From: an uncultured Burkholderiales bacterium
GTDB taxonomy: Bacteria; Pseudomonadota; Gammaproteobacteria; Burkholderiales; SHXO01
Direction: 5' to 3'
Length of the DNA stretch: 64,000 nt
Assembly (NCBI GenBank): GCA_964523885.1
Contig: CAZFYX010000038.1
Location: forward strand, 255-64,254
The translations under genes and the position numbers were made by a program. Below, one piece after another: positions 27,492 through 35,994 of the stretch. The notes below the pieces were generated by a model. That model was not told where the DNA came from. It made no database searches and worked only from the letters and a program-made list of their open reading frames with translations. The stretch's first letter is position 1. Each line of letters begins with the position of its first letter.

Positions 27492-28490
27492 ATGATGAAG
27501 AACGACGGTGATCGGACCACTCGGGTGGCCTGGACGCGGATGTGCCTGGCATTGACGCTTGCCCTGGCCGCGCTCGGTCCGCTGCAAGCCCTGGCCCAGA
27601 TGCCGGCGCGCTTCTACTGGAAGAGCCTGTCCGGAGCGGACGCAGTGCCGCTGATCGTCAACTCGGTCAGCGGCAACACCAATCCGTTCGATCCGGCGCA
27701 TTCCGTGCAGTCCACCGGGAACATCGATGCCACGCTCGCCCTCGTGGGCTACGCACACACCTTCGCGCTAGTCGATCGGGCCGCCACGGCCGCGGTGATC
27801 CTGCCGATGGGGCGGGTCTCGGGCGAGGTCACGACGGCGGGGAAGTCGTTCAACCAGTCGGCCAACGGGTTCGGGGATCCGATGTTCGAGTTCGACATCA
27901 ACGTCATCGGCCCGACGGCGCAGCGCAACCTTCAGGATGCCTTCCGCTATGAACCTGGCTTCTCGGTGGACCTGGTGGTCGACGTTGCGGTGCCGGTCGG
28001 CGAATACGACAGCAACCAGCCGCTGAATCTCGGGCAGAACCGCTGGTACGGGCGGGTGGGCGCGCCGGTGGTATGGCAACTCGGTCCATGGGTTCCCGGG
28101 CGGCGCACGACGCTGGAATTCGTGCCTGCGGTATGGGTCTTCGGCGACAACGACGACTATGTCGGGCAGACGCTGAAGACCGATCCGCTGTATCAGCTGG
28201 ATGCGCACTTGACCCGCGACTTCACCGAGCAGTTCTGGGGCTCGATTGATGCGTCCTGGTACGACGGGGCGCGTGCGACCGTCAACGGCGTCTCAGGCGA
28301 CAAGCTGAACGCCATCGGGGTCGGGCTCACGCTCGGATATACGCTCAACGACAACCTGCACCTGACGGCTGGCTACAAGTCGACCATCAACGACAACGGC
28401 CCGGGGGACCTGCGCATGGACATGTTCATGGTCACCCTCGTGTACGGGTGGCACCCGCTGGTCGAAGGCGCGCGGCGGCTGAAGGAATAG
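27492..28490 (+). CDS. Outer-membrane transporter-like barrel (MetA-pathway/phenol-degradation OM protein-like)
   Basis: Signal peptide ...CLALTLALAALGPLQALA-QM and a beta-barrel pattern with GFGDPMFEF. The start is uncertain: the ATG at 27447 overlaps the sulfatase stop as ATGA and is an alternative. Confidence 0.5.
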   Translation: MMKNDGDRTTRVAWTRMCLALTLALAALGPLQALAQMPARFYWKSLSGADAVPLIVNSVSGNTNPFDPAHSVQSTGNIDATLALVGYAHTFALVDRAATAAVILPMGRVSGEVTTAGKSFNQSANGFGDPMFEFDINVIGPTAQRNLQDAFRYEPGFSVDLVVDVAVPVGEYDSNQPLNLGQNRWYGRVGAPVVWQLGPWVPGRRTTLEFVPAVWVFGDNDDYVGQTLKTDPLYQLDAHLTRDFTEQFWGSIDASWYDGARATVNGVSGDKLNAIGVGLTLGYTLNDNLHLTAGYKSTINDNGPGDLRMDMFMVTLVYGWHPLVEGARRLKE

Positions 28491-28681
28491 ACATCGGGGC
28501 AGTTTCGGTGCTCGGGGCATCCGTGCCGGCGGGTGTGGCGCGGAAACCTCCGGTCGGCCCGGCTTGATCCGGCAAGGCCAACTGCCCCTCCGCCATCGCG
28601 GCACTCACGGGGCTGGACTGCGCTGACGATCCGAATGTTGCGCTTGAACCGCGCTACGTGCCGCAACCCCGGCACGCCTCG

Positions 28682-30025
28682 TCAGAACATCACCGTCGCG
28701 CGCAGCGACAGCACCCACACCCTGTCGTGCGCCGGGTTGAGCGCCGGATCGCCGATGTACTGCACGTCCGGCGCGAACACCAGGCCACCCAGGAAGGTCC
28801 AGTTCCAGTAGGCCTCGACGATGGTCTCGTTGCTGTCCGCCCCGGTGTATCCAGCGGGGCGGCTGAGTCCGACCGCGACGCCGATCTGGTCGGTGGCGCT
28901 GCGATGGAGGGGATCGTTCAGTGCGACGCCCACCGCATACGACGCCTCGATCGAGCCCGTGTTTCCGCTGGCCCCGTTCGCCCGGCCGAACACCGCCCAT
29001 GCGGGGTCGAGGTTCTGCACGGCGTTCAGCGACCAGCCGTGCGCACCGGTCCCCTGCTGTCCCGGATTGTCGTACCAGGTGAGCGAGTACTGGGCGCCGC
29101 CCAGCCCCTTGAACGACGGTGTCCACTGCGCATAACCGAACCATGCCGTGCCCGCCTGGTCGATCGACCGGAGGTGACTGAACGAGGCGTTGTTGGGGGC
29201 TTGCGCGCCGGCGGCGAACTGCAGTGTGCCGCTCGCATTCCACTGCACGAAGCCACCCAGCCCGGCGTCGGCGTACGCCGCGCTGCCGTTCTGCGCGAGC
29301 ACGTAGTTGATGAAGTTGAGCTGCGAGTTGCCCAGGTACTGGTTGGTGTCGAAGTTGAAGACCGGGTACTGGCCGCCTGCCAGCGCGATGGCGCCGCCCG
29401 GCAGCGTCTGCGTGTAGGTCAGTTGCGCGAACTGGTTCTGCGTGTCGGTCCACGCGTTGGGCGGGGTGACGACGCCGAGGGTGGACTGCATGTCGGCGAC
29501 CGTGTGCTGCGTGACGAAGCCGTTGTAGAAGCCGAGCAATTGCGCCGAGCCCGCGCCGAGCGTGGGGCTGCTGAACATGTTCCAGTCGAGCGAGACCTGG
29601 CCCAGCACGCTGGGTGCGGGCCGGCCGCCGTCCGGCGTGCCCGACTGCTGCATGAAGGTCGCGTCCACCGACCACTGCAACCCGGTGTCCTTCTGGAAGC
29701 CGGTCTTGAAGCGCGAGTACGCGCCGTAGAGATCGTCGATGTCCTGGTAGAGGCTGTGCCGCCGGGCTGCCCGGGCAATCGCCTGCTGGGCAAAGCCGGT
29801 TCCGCCGGCCGCCGTCGCGCTCGCGGCCGGCGGACCTGGCGCCCCGTCGCTCTGCGCGAAGGCGCGGAGGGACGGGGTCAGCAGGCTGCAGCACGTCGCA
29901 AGGAGCGCTGCGTAGCCGCATGCAACGACACCTCCCTGAGGTCGGGGTGAGCGGTGCAGCAAGCGTGCGCTGGACGTGGCGAGAGCGCCGGCGCCCAGGC
30001 GCGCGGCTGCCGCGAAGGCGGGCAT
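28682..30025 (-). CDS. OprB-family carbohydrate-selective porin-like protein
   Basis: The C-terminal signature ...EAYWNWTFLGGLVFAPDVQYIGDPALNP...LRATVMF is typical of OprB porins. The signal-peptide core is ALLATCCSLLTPSLRAFA-QS. The start is uncertain (ATG 30025 gives a long leader; TTG 29962 is possible). Confidence 0.6.
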   Translation of the reverse strand: MPAFAAAARLGAGALATSSARLLHRSPRPQGGVVACGYAALLATCCSLLTPSLRAFAQSDGAPGPPAASATAAGGTGFAQQAIARAARRHSLYQDIDDLYGAYSRFKTGFQKDTGLQWSVDATFMQQSGTPDGGRPAPSVLGQVSLDWNMFSSPTLGAGSAQLLGFYNGFVTQHTVADMQSTLGVVTPPNAWTDTQNQFAQLTYTQTLPGGAIALAGGQYPVFNFDTNQYLGNSQLNFINYVLAQNGSAAYADAGLGGFVQWNASGTLQFAAGAQAPNNASFSHLRSIDQAGTAWFGYAQWTPSFKGLGGAQYSLTWYDNPGQQGTGAHGWSLNAVQNLDPAWAVFGRANGASGNTGSIEASYAVGVALNDPLHRSATDQIGVAVGLSRPAGYTGADSNETIVEAYWNWTFLGGLVFAPDVQYIGDPALNPAHDRVWVLSLRATVMF

Positions 30026-30222
30026 GCGGACGTAATGCAGCGGATGACGGTCCCCCATTTTAGCGGCGAGGCAGCATCCGTATGGTCCTTTCTCGCGGCC
30101 ATCTCCGGGGACGGGGCCCGAGCGCGCACGGCACGGCAGTTGCTTTTCACGTTTCGTCGAGATTCGACGGGAGGCTCCGAGCGGATCTGCACCATCGTCG
30201 CACGATGCCGTTACAGGAACAC

Positions 30223-31041
30223 ATGGGCACCGTCATCGCGTTTCGCCGTCCGCCACACTGGCTCACGCACTACGAGCGCGGCCAGGTGCGCTCGATCGCG
30301 GCCTGGAAGGCGGCCCGGCCCGGCGCGTACGAGAGCTTCGTGCGCGGCCTCACCCGCCCGCTCGCCGAGAACGTGCATACGCTCCTCAAGCCCTCCGTGG
30401 TGCGCGTGTTCGGCGATCTGCTGGAGTACCTCAACAGCCGCTTCGCGCGCGACCACGACCTGACCCGGGACGCGGGCATCCGCGGCGCGGGCATCCTCGA
30501 CATCGAAAGCCTGTCACAGAAGCCGCTGGAGGTGGCCGACGCTGTCGCGGACTACGTGATTGCCGATGCGCGCAGCCGCGCGGTGGCGGCGGGCGCGGCG
30601 AGCGGCCTGGCCACCCCGGTGGCCCTGGCGCTGGGCATCCCCGCGGCATTCAGCGCCGCCTTGCGCGCAAGCCATCGGGTGGCGCAGGCCTACGGGTGCT
30701 CCGGCGAAGCCCAGTCCGATCGCGCCATGGTGCTGCAGGTACTGGCCCTGTCCCTGGCAGTGACGCGTGCGGAACGCACCCGGGCGATGCAGGACTACCG
30801 GCGCCAGCTCGAGCACGCGTTCGTCAACTCCGCGGTCGACGAGATCATCCAGATCATCATCGAGCGCACCGTCGTGCGGCTGCAGCTGGGGAGCGCTGTG
30901 CCCGGCCTCGGCGTCCTGATCAGCGCCCGCGTCCACGGCCGCTTCGTCGAGCGCGCCGCCGTATGCGCCAAGCGCGTGTTCCAGGAACGTTGGCTGCGCA
31001 CGCGCGGCAAGGTGGACTGGATCGAGCCTCGCGCCGCCTAG
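30223..31041 (+). CDS. EcsC-family protein, paralogue 1
   Basis: 272 aa. It has the EcsC-like pattern (ADYVIADARSRAV...HRVAQAYG...VFQERWLRTRGKV) and is about half identical by eye to 32295..33134. Confidence 0.6.
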   Translation: MGTVIAFRRPPHWLTHYERGQVRSIAAWKAARPGAYESFVRGLTRPLAENVHTLLKPSVVRVFGDLLEYLNSRFARDHDLTRDAGIRGAGILDIESLSQKPLEVADAVADYVIADARSRAVAAGAASGLATPVALALGIPAAFSAALRASHRVAQAYGCSGEAQSDRAMVLQVLALSLAVTRAERTRAMQDYRRQLEHAFVNSAVDEIIQIIIERTVVRLQLGSAVPGLGVLISARVHGRFVERAAVCAKRVFQERWLRTRGKVDWIEPRAA

Positions 31042-31208
31042 AGCGAGCGTCCCCCGCCCGGCGTCCGCTGCGTCCCAGAGCGCCGGGTGTCCGCAACGCC
31101 CCTGCACTTGTCATGCCGCGCGCATTGCGGGAGAATTCTCGTTCGCACCCCCCGCACCGTCGCCCCTCGGCCGCACGGCCCAAATCGCTGCAGGCTGTCC
31201 GCACCGTC

Positions 31209-31502
31209 ATGCCCGAGTACCGTATCTTCCAGTCCGTCTCCGTCGAGCTGTTCGAGCGCTTCCAGGCGCTCGGTCGCACCTACGACGTCATGTATGACCC
31301 GCCCTCCGGGCCCAACGGATATGCGCACGCCAGGACCCCGCTGGGGATCTGCAAGGTCGCGTTTGCGCTCGATGCGGAGAAGTCGCAACTCACGCTGGTG
31401 ATCTGCGAGAAGCCGATGCTCGTGCCCGCCAACAAGGTCTGGCAGGTGCTCGGGGACGCGATCGACGATTGCCGGGCGCAGGACGGCGCAACAGCGCGCT
31501 GA
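31209..31502 (+). CDS. Hypothetical small protein (97 aa), no recognised family
   Basis: GC3-rich codon pattern throughout and an ATG start. No obvious SD. It sits between EcsC paralogue 1 and the 260-aa gene. Confidence 0.5.
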   Translation: MPEYRIFQSVSVELFERFQALGRTYDVMYDPPSGPNGYAHARTPLGICKVAFALDAEKSQLTLVICEKPMLVPANKVWQVLGDAIDDCRAQDGATAR

Positions 31503-31515
31503 CGCGGGTCCCCAC

Positions 31516-32298
31516 GTGACCGCGGTGTTTCGCCAGCAGGCCCTGGCGCGCTGGCCCCGCTTCGCAGCGGCACTCGATGCACACTTCCCTGGCGCGATCG
31601 AGCTCACCGACTACGTGACCCGGTCCGCACGGGCGCTTGGGCGGCATGGTTTCGGCGACGCCAACACGCTGGGCGTCGTGGTCACCTGCCGTGACGAGAT
31701 CGCCACGCCCCTGCACACCCAGGTGATGCAGGCCTGGGGCAAGACCTTCGATGGCCGCAGCCTTGCCGGCTTCCTCTCCATGGGGGCGACCGGCATCGAC
31801 GCCGCGCTGTCGCATGCCCCCGTCGTCGACGGCCACGCGCGCTTCGCGCTCTATGCGATGCCGCACATCGCGATCTCCGAGGACGGCGTGATCGGCAACG
31901 TCTATCGCGAGAGCCTGCAGCAGGTCTCGCACGCGTGCGGCTCGCTGGCCGGCGTGCTGCACCAGCTGGAGGCGGGGCACGCGCGCCGCGTGATCGACCT
32001 GGACGACATCGAGCAGAGCCTGGTGAAGGGCCTGCTTCTGACCGCCCTGCGGCACGGCGAGGCGCGCGACCTCCTGGCGGTGACGCAGCTCGCTGGCCGG
32101 CTGATCACCGAGGATGTGGGACGCCTGGTCCTGGCCGCCGACCCGGCGCGGTACAGCTACGCGGTGTTCACCGGGGTGCTCGTGCACGGTCCTGGTGACG
32201 TTCACTGGGTCCACCCGCTGCATGCGTACGCGCGCGGTGTCGCCGTGGGCACCGGGACCGCCCACCTGACCGACCTGCACCTCGCGGTCGCGCGTTAG
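31516..32298 (+). CDS. Hypothetical 260-aa soluble protein with a Cys...His...Cys pattern (possible beta-CA-like/LCIB-like fold)
   Basis: GTG start 13 nt after the previous stop and GC3-rich codons. Candidate ligands: VVVTCRDEI, MPHIAISEDG, QVSHACGSL. Confidence 0.55.
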   Translation: MTAVFRQQALARWPRFAAALDAHFPGAIELTDYVTRSARALGRHGFGDANTLGVVVTCRDEIATPLHTQVMQAWGKTFDGRSLAGFLSMGATGIDAALSHAPVVDGHARFALYAMPHIAISEDGVIGNVYRESLQQVSHACGSLAGVLHQLEAGHARRVIDLDDIEQSLVKGLLLTALRHGEARDLLAVTQLAGRLITEDVGRLVLAADPARYSYAVFTGVLVHGPGDVHWVHPLHAYARGVAVGTGTAHLTDLHLAVAR

Positions 32299-33134
32299 CG
32301 CGCCCCGGGCGCGATCCACGCGACCTTGCCGCGGTCGCGCAGCCAGCGTTCCTGGAACACGTGCTTCGCTGCCACCGCCGCCTTCTCGACGAAGCGCGCG
32401 TGCAGGTAGGCGTTCATCAGTACGCCTGCGGCCGGCACTGCGGTGCCGAGCTGCACCCGGACGACGATGCGGCGCAGGAGCGCCGAGGCCGTATCCTCCA
32501 CCATCGAGCCCACCATGCCGTCCGCGAGCGCGACCTGGCAGTCGCGCAGTGCCCGTTCGTGGTCGCGGCGCGACACCGCCAGCGAGAGCGCCAGCGTCTG
32601 CAGCGCCAGGCGGCGGTCGACCGCCGTGTCGCCCGGGTAGCCATAGGCCTGCGCGACACGATGGATCGCGCGCAGCGCTGCGTCGAGCGCGACGGGCACG
32701 CCAACGGCGAGTGCGGTGGGCGAGGTGAATCCGGTCAGGGCGCCGGCCTTCACCGCGCGGCTGCGCGCATCGGCGATCACGTAGTCGGCCAGCACGTCGG
32801 CGTACTCGAGCGGGCGGCCGGCGAGGTCCTGCAGGGACGTGATGCCGGCCCGGCGCAGGCGCGCATCGCGGAGGATGCTGTCGCGCTCGGCGGTCCGCGC
32901 TGCCATGCGCTCGAGCACCGCATTCACCAGCCTGCCGATGGAGGGGCGCAGCGCCCGCTGCATGCCCCGTGTCACGGGGGCGGTCCAGCCCTGGAGGAAG
33001 CGCGCGAGCGCACCGGCCGGTGCGCCTTTCCACGCGGCGATCAGGCGCACCTGCTGGCGCTCGTAGCGCGACAGCGGCTGCGGCGGATGCACCCGTGAGA
33101 AGGGGAGGATGGTTCCTGGCGCGGTCGTTTCCAT
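32295..33134 (-). CDS. EcsC-family protein, paralogue 2 (last gene of the ATPase operon)
   Basis: 279 aa. ATG at 33132-33134. It shares the blocks ADYVIADARSRAV, HRVAQAYG and VFQERWLRDRGKV with paralogue 1. Its stop overlaps the stop of the convergent 31516..32298 gene. Confidence 0.6.
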   Translation of the reverse strand: METTAPGTILPFSRVHPPQPLSRYERQQVRLIAAWKGAPAGALARFLQGWTAPVTRGMQRALRPSIGRLVNAVLERMAARTAERDSILRDARLRRAGITSLQDLAGRPLEYADVLADYVIADARSRAVKAGALTGFTSPTALAVGVPVALDAALRAIHRVAQAYGYPGDTAVDRRLALQTLALSLAVSRRDHERALRDCQVALADGMVGSMVEDTASALLRRIVVRVQLGTAVPAAGVLMNAYLHARFVEKAAVAAKHVFQERWLRDRGKVAWIAPGAR

Positions 33135-33162
33135 GCACCACCTCGAAGCGTGCGGGTGCCCG

Positions 33163-33564
33163 CTACCCGTCGCGACGGCGATCGAGCGGCGGATAGCGCC
33201 GGTCGAGGTCGTCGAGTAGGCGGTTGATCTGGCGCAGCGCGGTGTGGATCGGGCGCGGCGCATGGCCGCGCTGCCACTTCTCCAGCTTGACGCGACCGGC
33301 CTTGGTCCGCGCGAGCAGGCCGATCAGGAGGATCGGCGCACCCAGGATGCCGGGGATGGCCAGCCCGATCAGGCCGGCCATGATAAGCGTGTTGCTGGTG
33401 CCGCGTGAGAGACGCTCCACGCGCTCGATGACGTACGCGTCCTCCTGCACTTCCAGCGCTTCGGCGGTGGCGGCGGTCACCGGCAGCAGTCGCGGATCGG
33501 GCCGGCCGAGGGGCGCGGGGAGCGGAACGACGCGGGTCTCGGTACTGTCTGGATTCTGGGTCAT
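33163..33564 (-). CDS. Small membrane protein (133 aa, central hydrophobic hairpin)
   Basis: ATG start 21 nt after the stop of the degenerate ATPase. The hydrophobic core is TLIMAGLIGLAIPGILGAPILLIGLLA. Confidence 0.55.
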   Translation of the reverse strand: MTQNPDSTETRVVPLPAPLGRPDPRLLPVTAATAEALEVQEDAYVIERVERLSRGTSNTLIMAGLIGLAIPGILGAPILLIGLLARTKAGRVKLEKWQRGHAPRPIHTALRQINRLLDDLDRRYPPLDRRRDG

Positions 33565-33585
33565 GGCGATGTTCTTTTCGCTGGC

Positions 33586-35967
33586 TCAGTCGGCAAGCGT
33601 GCTGGCGCGGTGTCGACCGGGATCGGGGACGGGGAGGGTTGCGGCGCCGGGCTGTACCCGCAGCGCTTGCAGGGCGCGCTTGGCGCGCTTGTATACGGCG
33701 AGCGTGCCGGCGTTGCTTGCCAGCACCACGGCAAGGCCGTTGAAGCCGAGCACGAACACGCCGGCGACGCAGAAGAGGTTGTAGCCGAGCACGGTGCGGC
33801 GCGTGCTCTTCAGGCGGTCGGCGTGCTCGCGTGCGCTGTGCAGGATCCCGGGCAGCGGGCGCAGGCGGCGGCCGAGGATCACGAAGTCGGCCGGGTTGCG
33901 CTCGACCGGCAGTGCGCCATCCAGTGCGATGGAGACGGCAGCGCTGCCGGCCAGCGGCAGCCCGTCGCAGTCGCCGACCACCGCGGCGTTGACGCCACGG
34001 CGGCGCAACCCCTCCATGAAGCGCACCTTGGTCGGTGCGGTCATGTCGCCGCTCGCGAGCCGGATGCCCAGTGCGTCGGCCAGCTTGCGGGTCTGCGCCT
34101 CGGGACGCTGGGAGATCAGGAACACCTCGACGCCGGCGTTGCGCAAGGCCGCGATCGTGGCCCTGGCTTCCGGCGGACCGCTGCGCCGGAAGCCGACGCG
34201 CGCGACTTCGACGCCGTCGATCTCGACGCGCAGCGCCGGCGGGGTGCGCTCCATCCCGGCAGGCCGGCCAAGCAGCGTGATGCGCTGGCCGTTGTTCTCC
34301 ACGGTGACCGCTTCCGCCTCCAGGCTCACCAGCGGCATCCGCGCTGGCTGCAGGCCCTGCGCGAGGCAGGCCTTCACCAGGGCCTCGGCGCGCTCGTCGC
34401 CGAGGTACAGCGCGGCCGAGGCGATGTGGGGGAGCAGGACGTGGGTGTCGAGCGCGCCGCGCGGCTTGATCCCTGCGACCTCCACCGCGGGCTCGTGCAG
34501 GTCGGCGTGATCGTCGATCACGACCATCGAGATCGCGCCGAGCGCCTGCAGCGCGGTGGGGTTGCGCACCAGCACGCCGGACTGCAGCAGTGTCCCGGCC
34601 TGATGCATCGCGCCCAGCGAAGCAGCCAGGGCCAGCCCGTTGGCATAGTCCGGGCGCAGGAGTGCGGAGGCGGTGGCCAGGTCACCCACCAGCAGCCCTA
34701 CGCCGGCGGTGGCCATGGTCGGCGCCACCGCGCCGTTGGCGAAGCGCTCGGCGCCTTCGTGCAGCGCGAGCCTGCGCGCGCTCGGCCGCGTCGCGTGCTC
34801 GAATGCGCGGCCGACCTGTGCACGCCATGCGTCGTCGCCGGTGCGCAGCACCTCGACCGTGATCGCCCCTTCGTACACCAGGCTGCCCGCCACGACGTCC
34901 GCGCCGGCCACCTTGCGGATCCAGGGGTTGGGCGCGGTGAGCGGCGGCTCGCGCACCAGTGCGCTGCCGTCCACCACCTTGCCATCGCCGGGCACCAGCT
35001 CGCCGGCGGCGACCCGTACGCGCGCACCGACCAGCGCTTCCCCGGTCACTGCAACCTCGCGCTCGGTATCCTCCAGATGCAAGGGCATCACCTGGTCCAA
35101 CAGGCCGTGGCCCTCGAGCGTGAGATCCTCGCGGTAGCGCTGCTCCCAGTAGCGGAAGCACCACAGCATGAGCGCCGCCGACAGGAACTGGCCGGTGCCG
35201 AGCGTCGCCACGATGATCGCCGTGTACAACAGCGGCAAGCCGGTCCGGCCCTGGGTCAGCTGGCGGCCGCCGGCACGCAGGATGTCGAGGTTGGCGACCA
35301 CCAGCAGACCGGCCGACAGCGGCGTGAGCGGCGCCAGCACGAGCTCGGCGGCGGCCAGGCCGACCGAGACGTTGGCGAGGCGGAAGTCCACCTGCGCCAT
35401 CGGCGGTGCGACCGCCAGGGCGATGGCGCGCTCCGCGATCCGCAGCACGCACTCGGCATCGAGGCTCGCGGGATCGAAGCGGATATCCATCCCGCGCACC
35501 AGCTTGCTGGCATGGGCACTCGCGATTCCGGGCACCGCCCGCAGGGCGGTCTGCGCCCGGCCCGTCGCGGCCTTGTCGTGCCCGAGGGCGCGGTGCCCGA
35601 TGAACAGATGCCCGGGCGCGACGTGCAGGCGTTCGGCGGTCGAGACCAGGGGCCCGTGCCGGTACAGCGTGACGACTTTGGCGCCGCTCCATGCCGGCAT
35701 GCGCTCACGGGGCAACCCGGTGCCGCGACCCTCGATCAGCCCGGCCAGCCCCTCCGTGAACGCTGCGCGCGCGCTCGCGCGCACGGCATAGCGGACGTGT
35801 GCAGCGCCCCGGTCGAGGTCGAGGCGGACGCTGCTCACCTCCGGACAGGCCAGCAGCCGGCGGGCAAGAGCGTCGGCGAGCGCGGGTCCCTGCGCGGAGC
35901 ACAGGCGGGGGTCGCGGATGCGCATGGCGTCGCGCTCGATGGCGACCTGGGGATGTTGGCCCTGCAT
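33586..35967 (-). CDS. Full-length P-type-ATPase paralogue with all catalytic motifs degenerate (predicted non-catalytic pseudo-ATPase)
   Basis: It is collinear with the 37546..40188 ATPase, but TGES is replaced by TAPN (34927-34938), DKTGT by DDHAD (34501-34515), SGD by SQR and GDGINDS by GDCDGLP. The ORF is intact over 793 codons, and 19 of 20 codons checked around DDHAD end in G/C. Confidence 0.7.
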   Translation of the reverse strand: MQGQHPQVAIERDAMRIRDPRLCSAQGPALADALARRLLACPEVSSVRLDLDRGAAHVRYAVRASARAAFTEGLAGLIEGRGTGLPRERMPAWSGAKVVTLYRHGPLVSTAERLHVAPGHLFIGHRALGHDKAATGRAQTALRAVPGIASAHASKLVRGMDIRFDPASLDAECVLRIAERAIALAVAPPMAQVDFRLANVSVGLAAAELVLAPLTPLSAGLLVVANLDILRAGGRQLTQGRTGLPLLYTAIIVATLGTGQFLSAALMLWCFRYWEQRYREDLTLEGHGLLDQVMPLHLEDTEREVAVTGEALVGARVRVAAGELVPGDGKVVDGSALVREPPLTAPNPWIRKVAGADVVAGSLVYEGAITVEVLRTGDDAWRAQVGRAFEHATRPSARRLALHEGAERFANGAVAPTMATAGVGLLVGDLATASALLRPDYANGLALAASLGAMHQAGTLLQSGVLVRNPTALQALGAISMVVIDDHADLHEPAVEVAGIKPRGALDTHVLLPHIASAALYLGDERAEALVKACLAQGLQPARMPLVSLEAEAVTVENNGQRITLLGRPAGMERTPPALRVEIDGVEVARVGFRRSGPPEARATIAALRNAGVEVFLISQRPEAQTRKLADALGIRLASGDMTAPTKVRFMEGLRRRGVNAAVVGDCDGLPLAGSAAVSIALDGALPVERNPADFVILGRRLRPLPGILHSAREHADRLKSTRRTVLGYNLFCVAGVFVLGFNGLAVVLASNAGTLAVYKRAKRALQALRVQPGAATLPVPDPGRHRASTLAD

Positions 35968-35994
35968 GGGGAGCGAGTGGTCGGGTGCGCGCGC

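Noticed and set aside
28605-29921. A 438-aa ORF whose ATG (29919-29921) is preceded by a good GGAGG SD, inside the 5-prime part of the porin gene.
   Set aside because: The translation (MRLRSAPCDVLQPADPVPPRLRAERRG...) is Arg/Pro-rich nonsense. The overlapping frame encodes a complete OprB-like porin with a signal-peptide core and a C-terminal Phe. The SD-ATG is taken as coincidental, though it leaves the true porin start uncertain.
30550-32786. The 36-bp inverted repeats considered as terminal inverted repeats of an insertion sequence or transposon.
   Set aside because: Both copies lie inside paralogous EcsC coding sequences at the same protein motif. There is no transposase between them and no target-site duplication.
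33586-35967. Calling the degenerate ATPase a pseudogene.
   Set aside because: The reading frame is uninterrupted for 793 codons, and gene-like codon bias and operon spacing are retained. It is annotated as a CDS with a predicted non-catalytic role, though decay cannot be excluded without comparative data.
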